Program-made: the position numbers and the translations under genes
From: Trichoplax sp. H2
Lineage: Eukaryota
DNA length: 64,000 bases
Assembly (NCBI GenBank): GCA_003344405.1
Contig: NOWV01000002.1
Coordinates: forward strand, 310,001 to 374,000
Direction: 5' to 3'
Notes under the pieces: generated by a model
What the model was told of the DNA's origin: nothing
The model's database searches: none
What the model saw: only the letters and a program-made list of their open reading frames with translations
Shown here: piece after piece, positions 15,098-28,692 of the stretch
How the letters are laid out: each line of letters starts with the position of its first letter
Position numbering within the stretch: position 1 is the first letter of the stretch

Positions 15098-17174
15098 TTT
15101 TGGTGCTTGTTTATAGTTTTTTTAATAGATCTGTTAACGTGTAACTGGGATGGAAATTGCTATATAATCAATAAAAAAGCAAGATGACGAAAGGTAACTC
15201 GTCCTCTGCTTAAACAATTGCCTTGGATCATGCTGATCAGCAACGCCATTGGCTAATGGATTGCAATCTAATGATGGATTCCATGAATAGAATTTCAATT
15301 TTTATTATTTTGTTGCACATAAGTAAAGGGAAAAAATAATATCCAATACATGCTGTCAATGATTTTAATCCAGCACAGCATGAAGTCCTTGATATGGACA
15401 CAGAATAGCATGTCAAGGAGGAGTAAACTGTATTATACTTATACTGCAATAGCAAGCAGCAGGTAGTAAGCCGTATTCATCTTTAATTGTCTGTGATTAC
15501 GATGGGTTGATAGTGATTGAGATGATGATGGTTGCTATGTATGATAGACTGGTAATGTCTAGGAATTTGGGCAGATAAATTGCATAGCTGCCTAACTGAT
15601 AAAATAACCGCATAATACTAATACCGTAACTGTATTGACACGTTCACTAGTAATTTACTAATACGTATGTAATATATACATAACCTATACATATATCACT
15701 TATGGCGAAGGCAACCCAGAATAAAGAAGTGGACTCCATGCTTCAGGCTACTTTGCAGTGTCTAACCTAGTATTGTGTGATTGACCTAGTGTCGTACGAG
15801 AGAACATAACGATGGTTAGACTAAGTCTTTAGATTTGAGCTAAATAATGCTATCATCAATTCTGTAATAGTAAATATAGATTCAATTAAGCCTTCTTGAT
15901 CTTGTCACCAAAGCTGCTGTACATACTTAATTGGCAAGAAATAGCAGTAGCATTAATGCTATCATTAGCGAAGAAAATAATCCGATTCATGCAATGTTGC
16001 TCATATTTATCGACTTTAAAGAAATCCATTTTATGTACTCTTCTATAGTATACGCGTATATCCAATACAGAAAGATAACTAGATGTACAGTAGAAACATC
16101 ATTCAAAGGTAGTTGGGGGAGTCTAAATACGTCTCGCCCCTTTAACAGAGTTGTACATTATCCAATATTGAATTCATTTATTATGGACTCCATTCATTTG
16201 GCGATATCCTATTTTTATTTTTATTTTATTTTGAATTCTTTATTTGATAACATGAAAGGTGATATATAAATAAATAAATATTCAGATTAAGTCCTGTGCT
16301 AATGATACTCAATGCCGGATGACAGTGATGATGTAAAATAAAAAGTGCAAGTACAGTATGCGAAATATCACGGGCGATGTCAAACACTGTTAATATTATT
16401 GTTTATTACTTGTGAATCCAATTGTGCTGCTCGATAGCGAGACGCAACTGTCATAATGCTCAACTGTAGATGTAAAATCGATATTTGAAATTCGTATCTT
16501 TCTACGCTTTACTATATTACAGTGTTCCAAGGATAAGCAGTCAATCTTGCACACCTAACCATTCACGATAAATGCAGTGTTGCGCATTCCTGCTCCGACG
16601 CAGTTTTTACTGGCCTAAGGAACGGCAGCATGATGCAAAAAAGTGTCTGCCTACTACGTTGCTAACTGTCTATTATATTCCTACTACTGTACGTCGCTAA
16701 CTGTGTTAGAACTGTTCGTTATTAGAGTCTGTAGTACTTTATACAGTAAAGTGAAACAATTTTACTTATTCTTAACAACAGACAAAAATAGAAGCAAATT
16801 TCACAGCGTATACTAACAGTACTGCTCTGGTAGTTTTACTAAAGCGCAGTCTAGTTATATACCGTAGAGTTCTGTGAAATCCCAATTTGTTGCTATGATA
16901 CCATGCTATGACACTGTCAAGTTACAGTAGGTTACATAACTTACTCATAGTAACTGGTGTAACTGGTGTAACGTAACCATAGAGATTTTTTGACCTTCTT
17001 TCGGTGCGGGCAGAATCCGTACCGTCCGTCTCTTTCTCTTCAGTCCCTACTACGTTACTCTCGTGCTATATGGTATACGATTTCATTGATACGGTATAGT
17101 AGAATGACCGAAAAAATGATAACCTCCACAATATTTTGCGCTCAAGCCCTTTCCTTTACCGTCTCTTTCTTTTT

Positions 17175-17230
17175 TGTACAGTACAGTACTGTAGTGTACT
17201 GATACTGTACTGTACACTGTACCGTGTACT
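17175..17230. repeat. (CAGTA/TACTG)n-type palindromic microsatellite upstream of the 17791 gene
   Basis: TGTACAGTACAGTACTGTAGTGTACTGATACTGTACTGTACACTGTAC seen directly. Confidence 0.75.
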
Positions 17231-17790
17231 ACCTACAATCAGGCATTCTCGCAGAATCCATCCATCCGTCGTATGAAACTTTCGATTTTTCTTTCTTTTC
17301 TCTTTTATTTATTTCGGAAAAAAGTTGAAGAAAACTTTGACTGGCTCCTTAACCTTTCATTTTATTAATTCCATTTACAGCGGGATTGAACTCTGTTAAT
17401 GCGTAAGTAGAACTGTTAGAGAATTTCATTTTTAGTATTGGATAAAGATACTGATATCTTGCTTAGCAATTAGACCCGACCGATATCGATAAACGCATTA
17501 GGTGTTGTGATAATCTAGTAGAACTAGAATTAATTAATATTTTTTTGTTTGAATTAAGAGAGAGAGAGGAAAAAAAATAAATACAACCACAGAGTATTAT
17601 TATTAATAAAACAGCAACGATAACACAATCATAATAGCCACTCATTCATCATCAGAGCAGCAAGTCATCGTTTAATTCATCTTGTAACACATAGGTTGTT
17701 CCGTCATTTACGAATTAATTAAATTGGTCATTGATTTGCCTACAACAACTTTCTTTTTCGATCGCCTCAGTTGATTTGTCCTTTTTAACC

Positions 17791-18537
17791 ATGATCTGCT
17801 TCTCCAATAATAAAATGTGGATTAGAAATGTTATAGAACCACTCAGCCAGCAACACTACGTTATCACGATCCGTTTACGAGTGGATGTTGGATTATGTGG
17901 GTGTCAAACACCGTATTTATTTATCAACGAATTTCCTCACGATATCGATATTTCTTGGTGTAATTATACGCCATTCTATAATGATACAAGAGGTTCATTT
18001 AAATTTGAAGAATTAGGCCATGCATTCGAGATAATTTGTAATTCTTGGCTGCCTAGTATTAACGCTTCAAATTATGTTATGTTTATTGATGGCAAAGAAT
18101 ATTATAGTGACGCTACTAAAAGAGATTATTATTTACGTTACTTCGTTAAAATGTTGGCAATCAGTGTCTTAATTTTAGTTCCTACTATCATATTGAGTGT
18201 TTTCGGTCTACTTAAATATTGGTCAATAGCATTAATAAGCGTCTTGCTAAGTTTTGCAGTAATTGCTTTCATTTATAGCGTGATCGGTTTAATTGGTACA
18301 GTAACTTTCTTATTGCGACCGAAGGAAATCTTTGATATGGCTGCTCTGTGCGATCAATCTCAAATGATGATACCCTCGCCTCATGTTGTCCTCTCAACAA
18401 ACCCTACTAATAACTCCAATAACAATAATATACTTACCGAACGAGAGGAACACAATCATGATGAGACTTCTCTAAATGAACTATTAATTAAGCCCAAGAG
18501 TACCAATAATAATATAGGAAGTATACAGCTATTATAA
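17791..18537 (+). CDS. Uncharacterised two-TM membrane protein, orphan family member 1 (248 aa, single coding exon)
   Basis: Long uninterrupted ORF; the first ATG is at 17791 (the ORF-track start is TTG). Shares motifs with the 22787 and 25647 ORFs (EELGHAFEIICNSW, YVMFIDGKEYYS..KRDYY) followed by two hydrophobic helices. Confidence 0.85.
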   Translation: MICFSNNKMWIRNVIEPLSQQHYVITIRLRVDVGLCGCQTPYLFINEFPHDIDISWCNYTPFYNDTRGSFKFEELGHAFEIICNSWLPSINASNYVMFIDGKEYYSDATKRDYYLRYFVKMLAISVLILVPTIILSVFGLLKYWSIALISVLLSFAVIAFIYSVIGLIGTVTFLLRPKEIFDMAALCDQSQMMIPSPHVVLSTNPTNNSNNNNILTEREEHNHDETSLNELLIKPKSTNNNIGSIQLL

Positions 18538-21500
18538 ATTTCAACCTTTTGATTTCGCTGTTGTGCAATTTAAGGCTATCCACACGCTATGTTAGTATAG
18601 GAATAATGTTTCTTATGGATGATTAATGATTGACTTAATCCTAAATGCATCTTTCTTGTATATTATATCTATGAAGCCTACTAGCTTGTAGCTAAAATCG
18701 TACTGACTTCAGAAACAGCACTATCATCATATTTTAAACTATCAAGAGAATATTTAAAAAAAGCGTAAATCAACCGTTGTATCTTTGATTATATTACACT
18801 GTAACACAACGGGTAGCACACGATAGCGTGTTTACTGAAATCTTAGAAGAAGATTACTATATCATATGTAAGTACTCTGGCATTATGTATTACCTGTAAT
18901 ATAAAATAAAAATAATCGAGTGCGGTGGCATATATTTCTGTAATAATATTACATATACGTATTTTATTTGATCCTTATGACTGGGTGATATTATAAAGGA
19001 GTGTATTAATGTAGAAATCATTGTTCTACCGTTTTTAATAAATAAATTTATTTAAAAAATAGCCTAAATCATTGTTTGATGTTCAATATCTCTTCTCCTG
19101 CAACTAAATATGTCTTCTCAAAGCATTAACTACAATTATAAGCATTCCATCGACAAAATGTTACTCACAATTGATATATCACGTATCAATGACAAAAGAT
19201 TTTTATTATCCAGTGTTCGCTTACATTGATATAAATAGAAATAATCGTAGATAGACATAAAGATATAAATCTTGTTAAAAGTACTTATACGATAATACCT
19301 TTATTACAAATCATAAATAACGATGTACTTTTTATTGTAAGTTTCAGTGGGATTTTGCAATAAATCAGCTGCAGATACTAAATAAACTAACGAAAAGAAT
19401 CACAATACAGTAATCTAATTAAAGCGGTTCTGTTGGCTTATCATTGCTTAGTCGATATCGCACATAACATTATGATACGAGAAATGGTTACTTATTAAGG
19501 CTGAAATTATCGACAATTGCTACTATTAAGCGGAATAAAGTATCATTGTAGTAAAATGGCTTGGCTATGTTACAGCTATGTCCTCTATCAAATTTAAGTA
19601 GTGATCAAAATAAAATACCAACTATTTACAGATTTGTTTTATATTTCTACTGTTATTTCTGTAACCTAATGACTATAAAATTGCAATAAGGGAATAATAC
19701 TGTAGAAATACTAACAACATTGGTATTATGGAATACTATAGAATTAAAGTAAAATTCGAATTCAAAATTTAATATAACTCATATTTACAAGGTAATGAAA
19801 TTTTAATAGGTAAGTAGTGATTAGCATTATCTTTCTAAGTGTATTTTATAGGTTATGGTCATGAAGCGACTATTCATAAGGAAGTACTTATCTTATTTTC
19901 AGTAGATGCCACAGCTTACTATCTACTTATAGTAATAAGGTTATCTAAAGATCCATACGTTTAGTATTAGGACAGATAACAGCATGTTTTACAATTTTAT
20001 CAAGTAACATCGATGTTTAAGTAGGAAGGTAAAGATTGATTCAAATTTCAACAAAATTTGATTTTTCATAGTTTAGTCAGAGGGAGGCGTGTGATTACAG
20101 TGGGCTCCTTATGATAGATGATCGTCAGTATTTGAGTGATACTGTAGGCAAATGTTCAGGAGGACAAGCCTAACAGCAGATATATAATGCATAATTCCCT
20201 TAAAACAAATTTTAGTTTGTAACAGTAGTAATCGTTAAGTATAATGGAGAGTTTGATAAGCCAGCGGTAGAGGACTTCGTTGCCATGGAGAGAATTACAC
20301 AAATATTTTAGTAAAAAAGAGATACTTCATTGCAGATTATAATTGCGCGCAATGAGGTAGTCACGGTAGAGCAGCGTGTATAGCTGTCGTGAAGTAACGT
20401 GAGAAAATACTAAAGCTGTGACTTTTACAATTAACGAAGTCTGAGGTAGAAATTGGTGGTACTTATAGTTTAGATACAACACGTACCATAACGGATTGTA
20501 TAATAGCAAATGATTGTAGAGAATAGCGAAGACTATAGTGCTAAAGACGATAAACTATATTTGGCTATAATCCAATAAGACTGTAAAGATCTCCATATTT
20601 AAGAACTATATTAAATGCATATATTTAAGAATATTTTCGAGCTACACTACAATCGAAATATACTACTTAAGGCATGTTAATAGAATCTTAAAAATACTTC
20701 GACATACAGTAATGCTTGTTATAAAGTGTAGTCCTACAGTATATATATGTACAGTACTCCGAAATGAATATTTTTAAGAAATGAGAGTATTGCTCCTGAA
20801 ACACTGATTACTAAGGTATTATACTGTATAGCTTACTGTACATACTAGTATTCTAACTTAATTACTAAATCACATGGTACATTTGAATAAAATTCATATT
20901 TGGTATCGTCAAACATACTGATATTATGTTGTAATATTATATTGTAAGTACTATTAACAGCATTGAAGAATAATAAATTATCCTAAGCCGGACTTTACAT
21001 TTCTTTAATTAAAACATCACAATTAGTATTACAAAAAATAATATTTATGGTATGAAACTACAGAGTATGAAATAAAAATATTTAAAATAATCATTAACTT
21101 CCTTAATTGTTTGAAACTTCATTAATAGGATCTAGATAGCTGTCTTCAGTTAGCCTTTCATAAAAGAAGATAAATATAAAGTTTTGAACAAGTCATTATT
21201 ATTCATTAATATTAACAGGAATATGCCATTAACTGAAAATAGAAATAATTGACTATACTTAAATAAAAAAATCCATTAACTACAGTGGTGGTTAAGACAA
21301 TATCACAAATACATAATGCAAGTTCTGCTAAATAACAGTGGCAATAACAATGCAGGTACCCAAAATACGCTTTCATTTATAATGCGATCTTGATAGTAAA
21401 TGTCACACCATGTAATTATTATTTATTAGAAGTATATTTGATACACAATCTTCATAGAGTATCATGAACAGAGCTTGCAGAAGAGAGGCATTGGCTACAG

Positions 21501-22786
21501 ATATAGACGTTCATGCAAGGGCTATGTTGTAACGATCTGATAGGGTATTTAGCGGTGTAGCTTCGAGAACACATCAGTTTTTTCATCTGCTTGTATAATA
21601 TTTATAGCTGAGTGCAACAACTGTAGATAAATGTAAATCTCTGAATAGTAGAAATGCGAATTAATGTGAGTTTAAATTATCAAGATATTTAAATTTGTAG
21701 ATAAAAGATGTCACATTGATATAAAATTTAAGACAGGCTATCGATACCCTTTGGAGCATTATAATGTTGCCTAAAACCAACAAAAATGACGTATTGAGCA
21801 ACAGCTAAGGTATGCACACGTTAATCTAACACTATGTTGTACTTCATAAGTTCATCTCCTATAATACCATCCTTAAAATTAATTCTGGATTAATTAGACA
21901 TTTTTATTATTTCAGTTCTCAGTTAGATACATCATAGAGTATAAGGAAAAAGGGTCAGAAATTCCGTTCTTTTTTAGCTAGTTTAAGAATGTAATAATCA
22001 ACAAAAAATCCTAAAGACTATTTGGAAATCGTTATTCAATACTGGCAACCATGGCAATTAAAACCAATCGTAATACCAAATAATTACGGCAAATAGTATG
22101 TTCAGCCAGGGATACCAAAAGGGAGAAATAGTCCCTAGTTTAGTTAGTACAAAAGAGAAGCCACAGCTCGGTGATCATCCGAAAGGATAAACTCTTGAAT
22201 TTAGCCAAATACGTACTTGAAGTAATCCTATGTTTCACTATGCCCATCTTTGTAGAATTATTGGTGGACCATGAATCCAACCACCAAAACTACGAAAAAA
22301 AACGTAGTAAAGAAGGATACGCGTGTATGTAGGAAAGCCTAAATACTTAGGTCAATGTTATAGAGTAGGAAGTGAACATTCTATCGTTACTTCTGAAAAT
22401 GCTTATACATCATTAAATTTCGAAATGAGAACGTATCGTACGATAAGAATTCAAGATTACATAAGATAAATCTATCCTACATACGCCTCGTACTTGCATA
22501 TTGTAGTAGCATAGATCACTATACGAATATTTTTAGATATTCTACGACGTAGATTATATTAGTGTCGATTTGTTCAACTTTTAGTAATCCTTTATCGTAT
22601 TCTTTAAATATTGCAAGATAATCCTATCTGTACTTTTGTTTTGGTGTAATTACTGTGCATCTTACGCTTTTCTTGCCCAGCAAAGTCACACCTATGACTG
22701 TGTTGGTTCATGAAATTACACTTAAAAATTCGTTCAAGTAGAAATCGTGATCAAATTCTTCAAGGGTTGAGAGCAATATTATATCG

Positions 22787-23422
22787 CTAAACTAAAGATT
22801 CCATTGCTATAGAAAAACCTTGCTTTGCATCCATCCCACGTGAATTGTGCTGTTTCCCGAAATAGTGAAATCGAATCATTGCGGCTAAAGACGAAATCAT
22901 TAACATGCCGAAATATGAGAAAATTGAACCAGATACTATAGCACTTGCTAATAGTAATTTTCCATAGCGATCAACGGTCGACATATCCGTTATGCCAGTC
23001 AACGTTGTCAAAGATGTGATAAATATTATTGCGAAGAGAATACAACCAAAGAGGCTACGCGCAACTGAAATGATGGAAAATTTTCTGTAATAGTCGGCTT
23101 TGCTAACATTTGTTCCATGTAGATGACCATTAATGAATAAATCGAAACAACAAGTGAATGGACAGCCCAAACTATTGAAAACAATTTCAATATTATTTCC
23201 TTCGACAGTAGCTTGATACGACCATTCCAAATGTGGTGACCAATGGCATAGAATACAAACGTCAAATTTTCTTCCTTCTTGCTTGACTCCGTCGATATAT
23301 AAGCCTCGACCAAAAGTTAAAAAAGTAATAATGTAAGCTTCAATGCATATTTCTACCGACCGAGTCTTTTTAGTGTTCGGATTGGTTACGTCGATAGTCC
23401 AAGTGTTGCCAAACCAAAACAT
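22787..23422 (-). CDS. Uncharacterised two-TM membrane protein, orphan family member 2 (211 aa)
   Basis: ATG-initiated ORF with CHWSPHLEW, EGNNIEIVFNS, FDLFING..KADYY, two TM segments and C-terminus ESLV. Confidence 0.85.
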   Translation of the reverse strand: MFWFGNTWTIDVTNPNTKKTRSVEICIEAYIITFLTFGRGLYIDGVKQEGRKFDVCILCHWSPHLEWSYQATVEGNNIEIVFNSLGCPFTCCFDLFINGHLHGTNVSKADYYRKFSIISVARSLFGCILFAIIFITSLTTLTGITDMSTVDRYGKLLLASAIVSGSIFSYFGMLMISSLAAMIRFHYFGKQHNSRGMDAKQGFSIAMESLV

Positions 23423-25646
23423 GGTTACTATTTCTTTTTCACCCTAGCATGTAAGTAGACCAATAAAATTCTTCAAGAGAAGCCGATCACTTGCGCGTGT
23501 ATGATAAATCTTCCAATTCTATATCCTTATATACTCGTCGACGACGAAATGAGTATTTTACTTGATCGCTGGGGGGAGTCTTTACGGTTAAATAGATATT
23601 TTTACTATCATACGTGTACATATGTCTGGCTGTTACGCAATTTTTCTTATATTATTTTACTACATAAAATGCGCCTTTTAAAGAAAACTCTCAGTGTAGT
23701 CTAGTTGTACATAATCTCTCATTGTATCGTCAATATAGAGCACCAATAAAAGAATAAAAAAAATGAATAGAGTAAAACTACTTGTAACTAAACTGGCTGA
23801 CCTACTAAAATTCATAAAATAGAATATGCATATAGTGGAATTTACTAAGCATACCATACAGTAATGACTATACCGTTTATAAATTCTATATGTTATATAT
23901 AGAAATAATATAGAATTGGATACTATACAATACTGCCAAGTATTGACAAGCCTACAAGATATTGAATTATAACTAATGTCAATATTACTTAAGAAACTCC
24001 GCTGATTGTATAAGACCGTTCTTTATTACTGATGAGCTACTGACGAGAGGTATAAATTAGAAAAATTTCGTTTAGTAGTCTCTGTTTGTGGTCTAGAAAG
24101 ATAAAAGGCACTAGATACTGTCAATTTTGAACATGATATAGTGTAATATCATATAAGGTCATTCGCTGCTATACCTGAAATAATCACAAGAGACCGGCAT
24201 GGAGAAAGAAGCTAAGCAGTTCATATCAACTATGAAATTTTTAATATCTTATAAGCTCATTCATTATTTATTGCTAAACTAATAGCGGCTACGTACAGGG
24301 TAACATGCACTTTTCTTACAGATAAAACTGGACAGTTGACCTCAATTTTGGAAATTTCTCGGTACTTTCTAAGATCGTGCAATGTTATTGGGGAGCTAAG
24401 GACTACAAATTAGAAAAGGAAGTTGGATAGTTAATGGACTGTGTTAGGGAGTGATCCAATGTAATATCCTGTAAGATCATATTATTATTACTGAGCGGTA
24501 ATAATTAAGGGCAAACACAAAGAAGAGGTTGGTCAGCTGTTATCAATCTCGAAATTTTATTATCAATGAAGAGAATATCTAGATTCTGTCTCTAAACTCT
24601 CCTGGATCCGAGATATTTTGCTAATGACTACTAAATAATGCAAAGGATTAAAATCAGACGTTGTATAGTGTAAAATTTTATCCTAAAGGTGGTCAATCAA
24701 ATCACTGCAAAAGCAACGAAAGTAATTTAATGTTCACAGCTAGTAATAAAACTAGTACATCACAATTTCTGGTTTTAGGGTTATGTTAGAACAGAGGCTG
24801 TGTGTACGTATACACCGACAGATTTTAGAAGACATAGTCTACGCTTAATTGAAATTGTACTGTAAAAATAATTTAATAGTTATGCAATAAAATATATGTA
24901 ATAGAAAACGGGAATATATTCTTAAGTGCACTATACTACTGTAAATGATTAATTCACTCTACCTTTGCTTACTTATCATTAATTCAATTTAGAAATAATA
25001 TGAAAGATAAATATAATAGTAACGGACATAAAAGTTGATAAAACAATTGTAATTTCAAATTGATGAGTTCACTGGCCTGAAGAACTTTACCTATGATTGC
25101 TGGTAAGAAATAGTTATAATGCCGTCGACAATATACTATTCATTTGATAGTACAGTGCATCTACTACTCTGAGTAATTCACCCGTATATCAATTATTGGT
25201 TAATAATCACCATGTTAAACATGGCGCCAAATATAAATGCCATTCAAATTACAAGGTTATCACCATTTTGTATCGTTAATCACTGTACCTTAATTTTATG
25301 TATTATAGCATATCTGGTTATTAGAAACTGTTAAAATAAATGTTAAGATTGTTATTTGTTATATTTATCAATTTAGCGGAGAAAAATAGTATTACAACAT
25401 TGAATCCCTCTCATGATATCAATTTTACATGTATATGAGCTAAAGATAGATTAAAATAGATTAGCAATCTAGACAAAGAAATCGAATGATCTCTCAAATG
25501 TATTAGCTTTCATTATCAATTTTATCGTCGCTTTGCTATAGGCGAAGGAAAATAGTATAACCCTTTATTGTTGAAGATAATGACTTTTAATGTAATAGAA
25601 GTTTATAATGTTTAACTGAAGTACTATACGAGTAAGTAGCCTTTTC

Positions 25647-26213
25647 TTAAATGGGGATCTCTTCATTATCAATTAAGCTTGATCCATCGCGTTTCCTACG
25701 AAACGTCATGTAACCAACCAACGCCTTTAGAGTGAAATACAAAGAGATTCCAGCAATGATGCTGAAAACGATAATAACACCAGTATTCCATGCTAATGAA
25801 GCACTAACTATAGCAATTACACCACAAGATCCGGTTATAATAGAAGTAAATGTTAAAATACGGGCGAAATACTGTGTGTAGTACTCGCCCTTGGCAACAC
25901 CAGAGTGATATTCTTTTCCATCGATAAATAAATCAAAATTGGAAAAAAATGGAAGGGTCCAAGCATTGTAAATTAATTCAAGATTATGACCTTCTTCTTC
26001 AAATTGATAACAGCCCCATTCAAAGACCGGCGACCACGTACAAAAGTTGACTTTATAGCGGTAACGTGTATCCTTAATTTTTAATTCTAATTCCCATATA
26101 CTTAATATCGGCATTATACAACCGTATAAATTGATGAGAAGTATTGTCTCTTCATCACTATTTGGCGCCTTTAAACTAGGTCGCCATTCGTATTCATAAT
26201 CGCACAGACGCAT
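25647..26213 (-). CDS. Uncharacterised two-TM membrane protein, orphan family member 3 (188 aa)
   Basis: ATG-initiated ORF with CTWSPVFEW, EEEGHNLELIYNAW, FDLFIDGKEYHSG..KGEYY, two TM segments and a basic stop-transfer RRKR. Confidence 0.85.
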   Translation of the reverse strand: MRLCDYEYEWRPSLKAPNSDEETILLINLYGCIMPILSIWELELKIKDTRYRYKVNFCTWSPVFEWGCYQFEEEGHNLELIYNAWTLPFFSNFDLFIDGKEYHSGVAKGEYYTQYFARILTFTSIITGSCGVIAIVSASLAWNTGVIIVFSIIAGISLYFTLKALVGYMTFRRKRDGSSLIDNEEIPI

Positions 26214-27208
26214 ATTGGACTCTACTTGTGTATACTGCAGTATAATAATTATTTAGCTTACAAAGTCTAAGAAAGAATACACACGTAGGGCAGTCTCAAC
26301 GTTGTCTACTATGACAAGACACTCTCTTGGCCAATCGATTGGTTCTAATATTGCAAATTATACGAGTACAACTTATACTATTTGGATACGATGAATAGCC
26401 TTTATAACTGCAATCACCATATAACATACGCGTCTATACTTCGTATATGTATTTTATCAATATAATTAAGAGTTTTAGGTAGTACAGTGTATGAATATAT
26501 TGCAAGAGTAATTTAATATATAATATAAATTATCTTAGCTTTGTTGTGATTGGAATTCGAGTATTGTATAGATGTTATATATAAGAGCTGTATTTTGCGA
26601 TGTTGCTAAATCGAGGTGTGTTTGTTCACTTTGCATTCGCTATACCCTATTATATAAATTTAGTTTAGTATCACAAGTTTGTATTCAAGTTCGATATCGA
26701 CAGTTTGTATCCATATATCCTTGAAATCAAAGTAAATGCTTCAATGTCTGCCACTCTATTAACCGGTATGGATAAACGCTCACAATTCTAAACAAATAAT
26801 TAATATCCAGCTAGCGATAATGATAAGACTTTGATACCAAATGATTCAATCACTAGCTATCCGCTGCAACATCTATCCAATATCGTATAATAGGAAAAGT
26901 TTGCCTCGGGCGCCTTAAGTTTTAACTTATCCTGTCAATAAGTTAAGAGCCGACATAAAGTTTAACTTTGGATTCCCATATGTGGTTGCCACACTGACAT
27001 CAGCAGAAATTTTCCACTACTGCTTACTGCTTACTGTACTATGGTGTACTCTACTGTAGCCATCTCATACTGTACTATGTATGGTATGGGTGGTACAGGC
27101 CAGCATGATTTAACTTTACCTCATACGTACTTTAGCTAGGATGGACTGACTACTTAAAGCTAATGGGTTACGGACCGAACCAGACCGGACCAGACCCCAT
27201 GTCATTCT

Positions 27209-27320
27209 CTGTACAGTACGAGAAAAGTCTTCCACAGTTTGTACAGTACAGTACTGTACTGTACTGTACTGTACAGTGTACAGTACAGTAAAAAGTATGG
27301 TACTGTACATACTGCACTGT
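27209..27320. repeat. (CAGTA/TACTG)n palindromic microsatellite tract in the promoter region of the 27474 gene
   Basis: GTACAGTACAGTACTGTACTGTACTGTACTGTACAGTGTACAGTACAGTA, bracketed by CCACAGT...ACTGTGG. Confidence 0.8.
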
Positions 27321-27473
27321 GGACTTCGAAGAGGAAAAAGCTTGTCGACTTTCGCCTTTACCAACTACCAATTGCACTTCTAAAGTAAAAAGTAAATGAT
27401 TTCGTGTTAGCTCCACCACTGAATTTGTTGCTATTCATTAAGCAGTTTATTATTGATATCGTGTATTACTGAG

Positions 27474-28692
27474 ATGCCGTCCAAACGTAAATCAAATCAC
27501 AAAAATTCCCCATCTAAAGCCGCTTTTAAAGTTACTAAAAAGACCAATAAAATTAGTAGAGATAATCCCAATCGTAGCCGAAATGATAATTATAAGAAGA
27601 ACAACAAGGTAAGCATAAGATCTTGGTTTAACTTTGCATGTTGAAATGATAAAAATGAGACGATTGCAAGTACTTTACTTTGCATTATTATCAGGAACAT
27701 TGGTCAGCAGTTTTATTTTGCTTACAAATCGATCTCGCTGCGGCAAATGATATCACCGTAGTAACATTCTTTTCTACATGATACGCTCGTAGATACCAAA
27801 TGTAACCAACTCGCTACGATGATACAGTATGTAAGAATACAATAGTTGCAATCCAAGATACAGTATAACACAGACATAAATCCTATATCAAGCACCCTCG
27901 CGTCATAAAATTAAAATTCATACATTGTGGATTAGATTAAATTTCAAGAACTACAGTACTACAAAAAGTAAGACAGCAAATACAGTATCTGTTATGCTGT
28001 TAACGTTTGATATGCATGCACAATACTATTGAGTAGGTGTACAAGAAGAGCGAAAACTGTCGAGTGCATACTGAAAATGAAGTAATATTCTCTAGCTTCT
28101 ACTATACTGTACAGTATCATAATGTTACTACATTATACGTATTTGAAGATGCACCATGGCCCTATGGCTAGTCACTGATTTGTAAAGTAGTTCTTAATAT
28201 AATTATTGACCTTTTCTCAGGTAAAACATCAAGCTAAGAAGATAATGGAAGAGTTAACGCATGGAAATGATCTCTATAACATATCACAGACACCAAAGAA
28301 TCAACAGAAGACCAAGGAAACAACAGTTCGGGTATTTACGCAACGATCTAATAACACTAGTAAACAGCACTTCTAGTTTACATTCTGTTTACTCAAAATC
28401 ATGCTTGGTAGAATGAATAAACAGTAACTAGAGCTTTAAATAACTGTATCAGTTCAGTCAGCTATAGCAGTGTGTCGTATCTATATAGTGTCATCATGAC
28501 ATTCGTATATTATCCTAGGCTTTTTTGATGTATAATTAAACCAATAATACCATGAAAAATCTGCATTCTACAAAAGTAATTAAAAGTATTTACTATTTGT
28601 AATTTGTTTTAATATAGAAATCCGTACTGGACCGCATCCAGAAAAGCATCGTCGATATAAATAGCGCTATTGATGCATTTGAGAAGCTATGA
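27474..28692 (+). CDS. Small basic protein, probably ribosomal biogenesis factor (RBIS/C8orf59-like); exons 27474-27608, 28221-28331, 28618-28692; 106 aa
   Basis: Three phase-0 exons with good splice sites give MPSKRKSNHKNSPSKAAFKVTKK...VKHQAKKIMEEL...VDINSAIDAFEKL*. Size, Lys-rich N-terminus and C-terminal amphipathic helix recall RBIS; the family call is from memory only. Confidence 0.6.

Noticed and set aside
20279..20292. X-box-like GTTGCCATGGAGAG (and similar sites at ~22045, ~54518 and ~58673)
   Set aside because: Not near an identifiable TSS of a ciliary gene; such matches occur by chance.
27116..27419. Two overlapping minus-strand ORFs rich in TVQY/YSTV
   Set aside because: These are translations of the CAGTA microsatellite.
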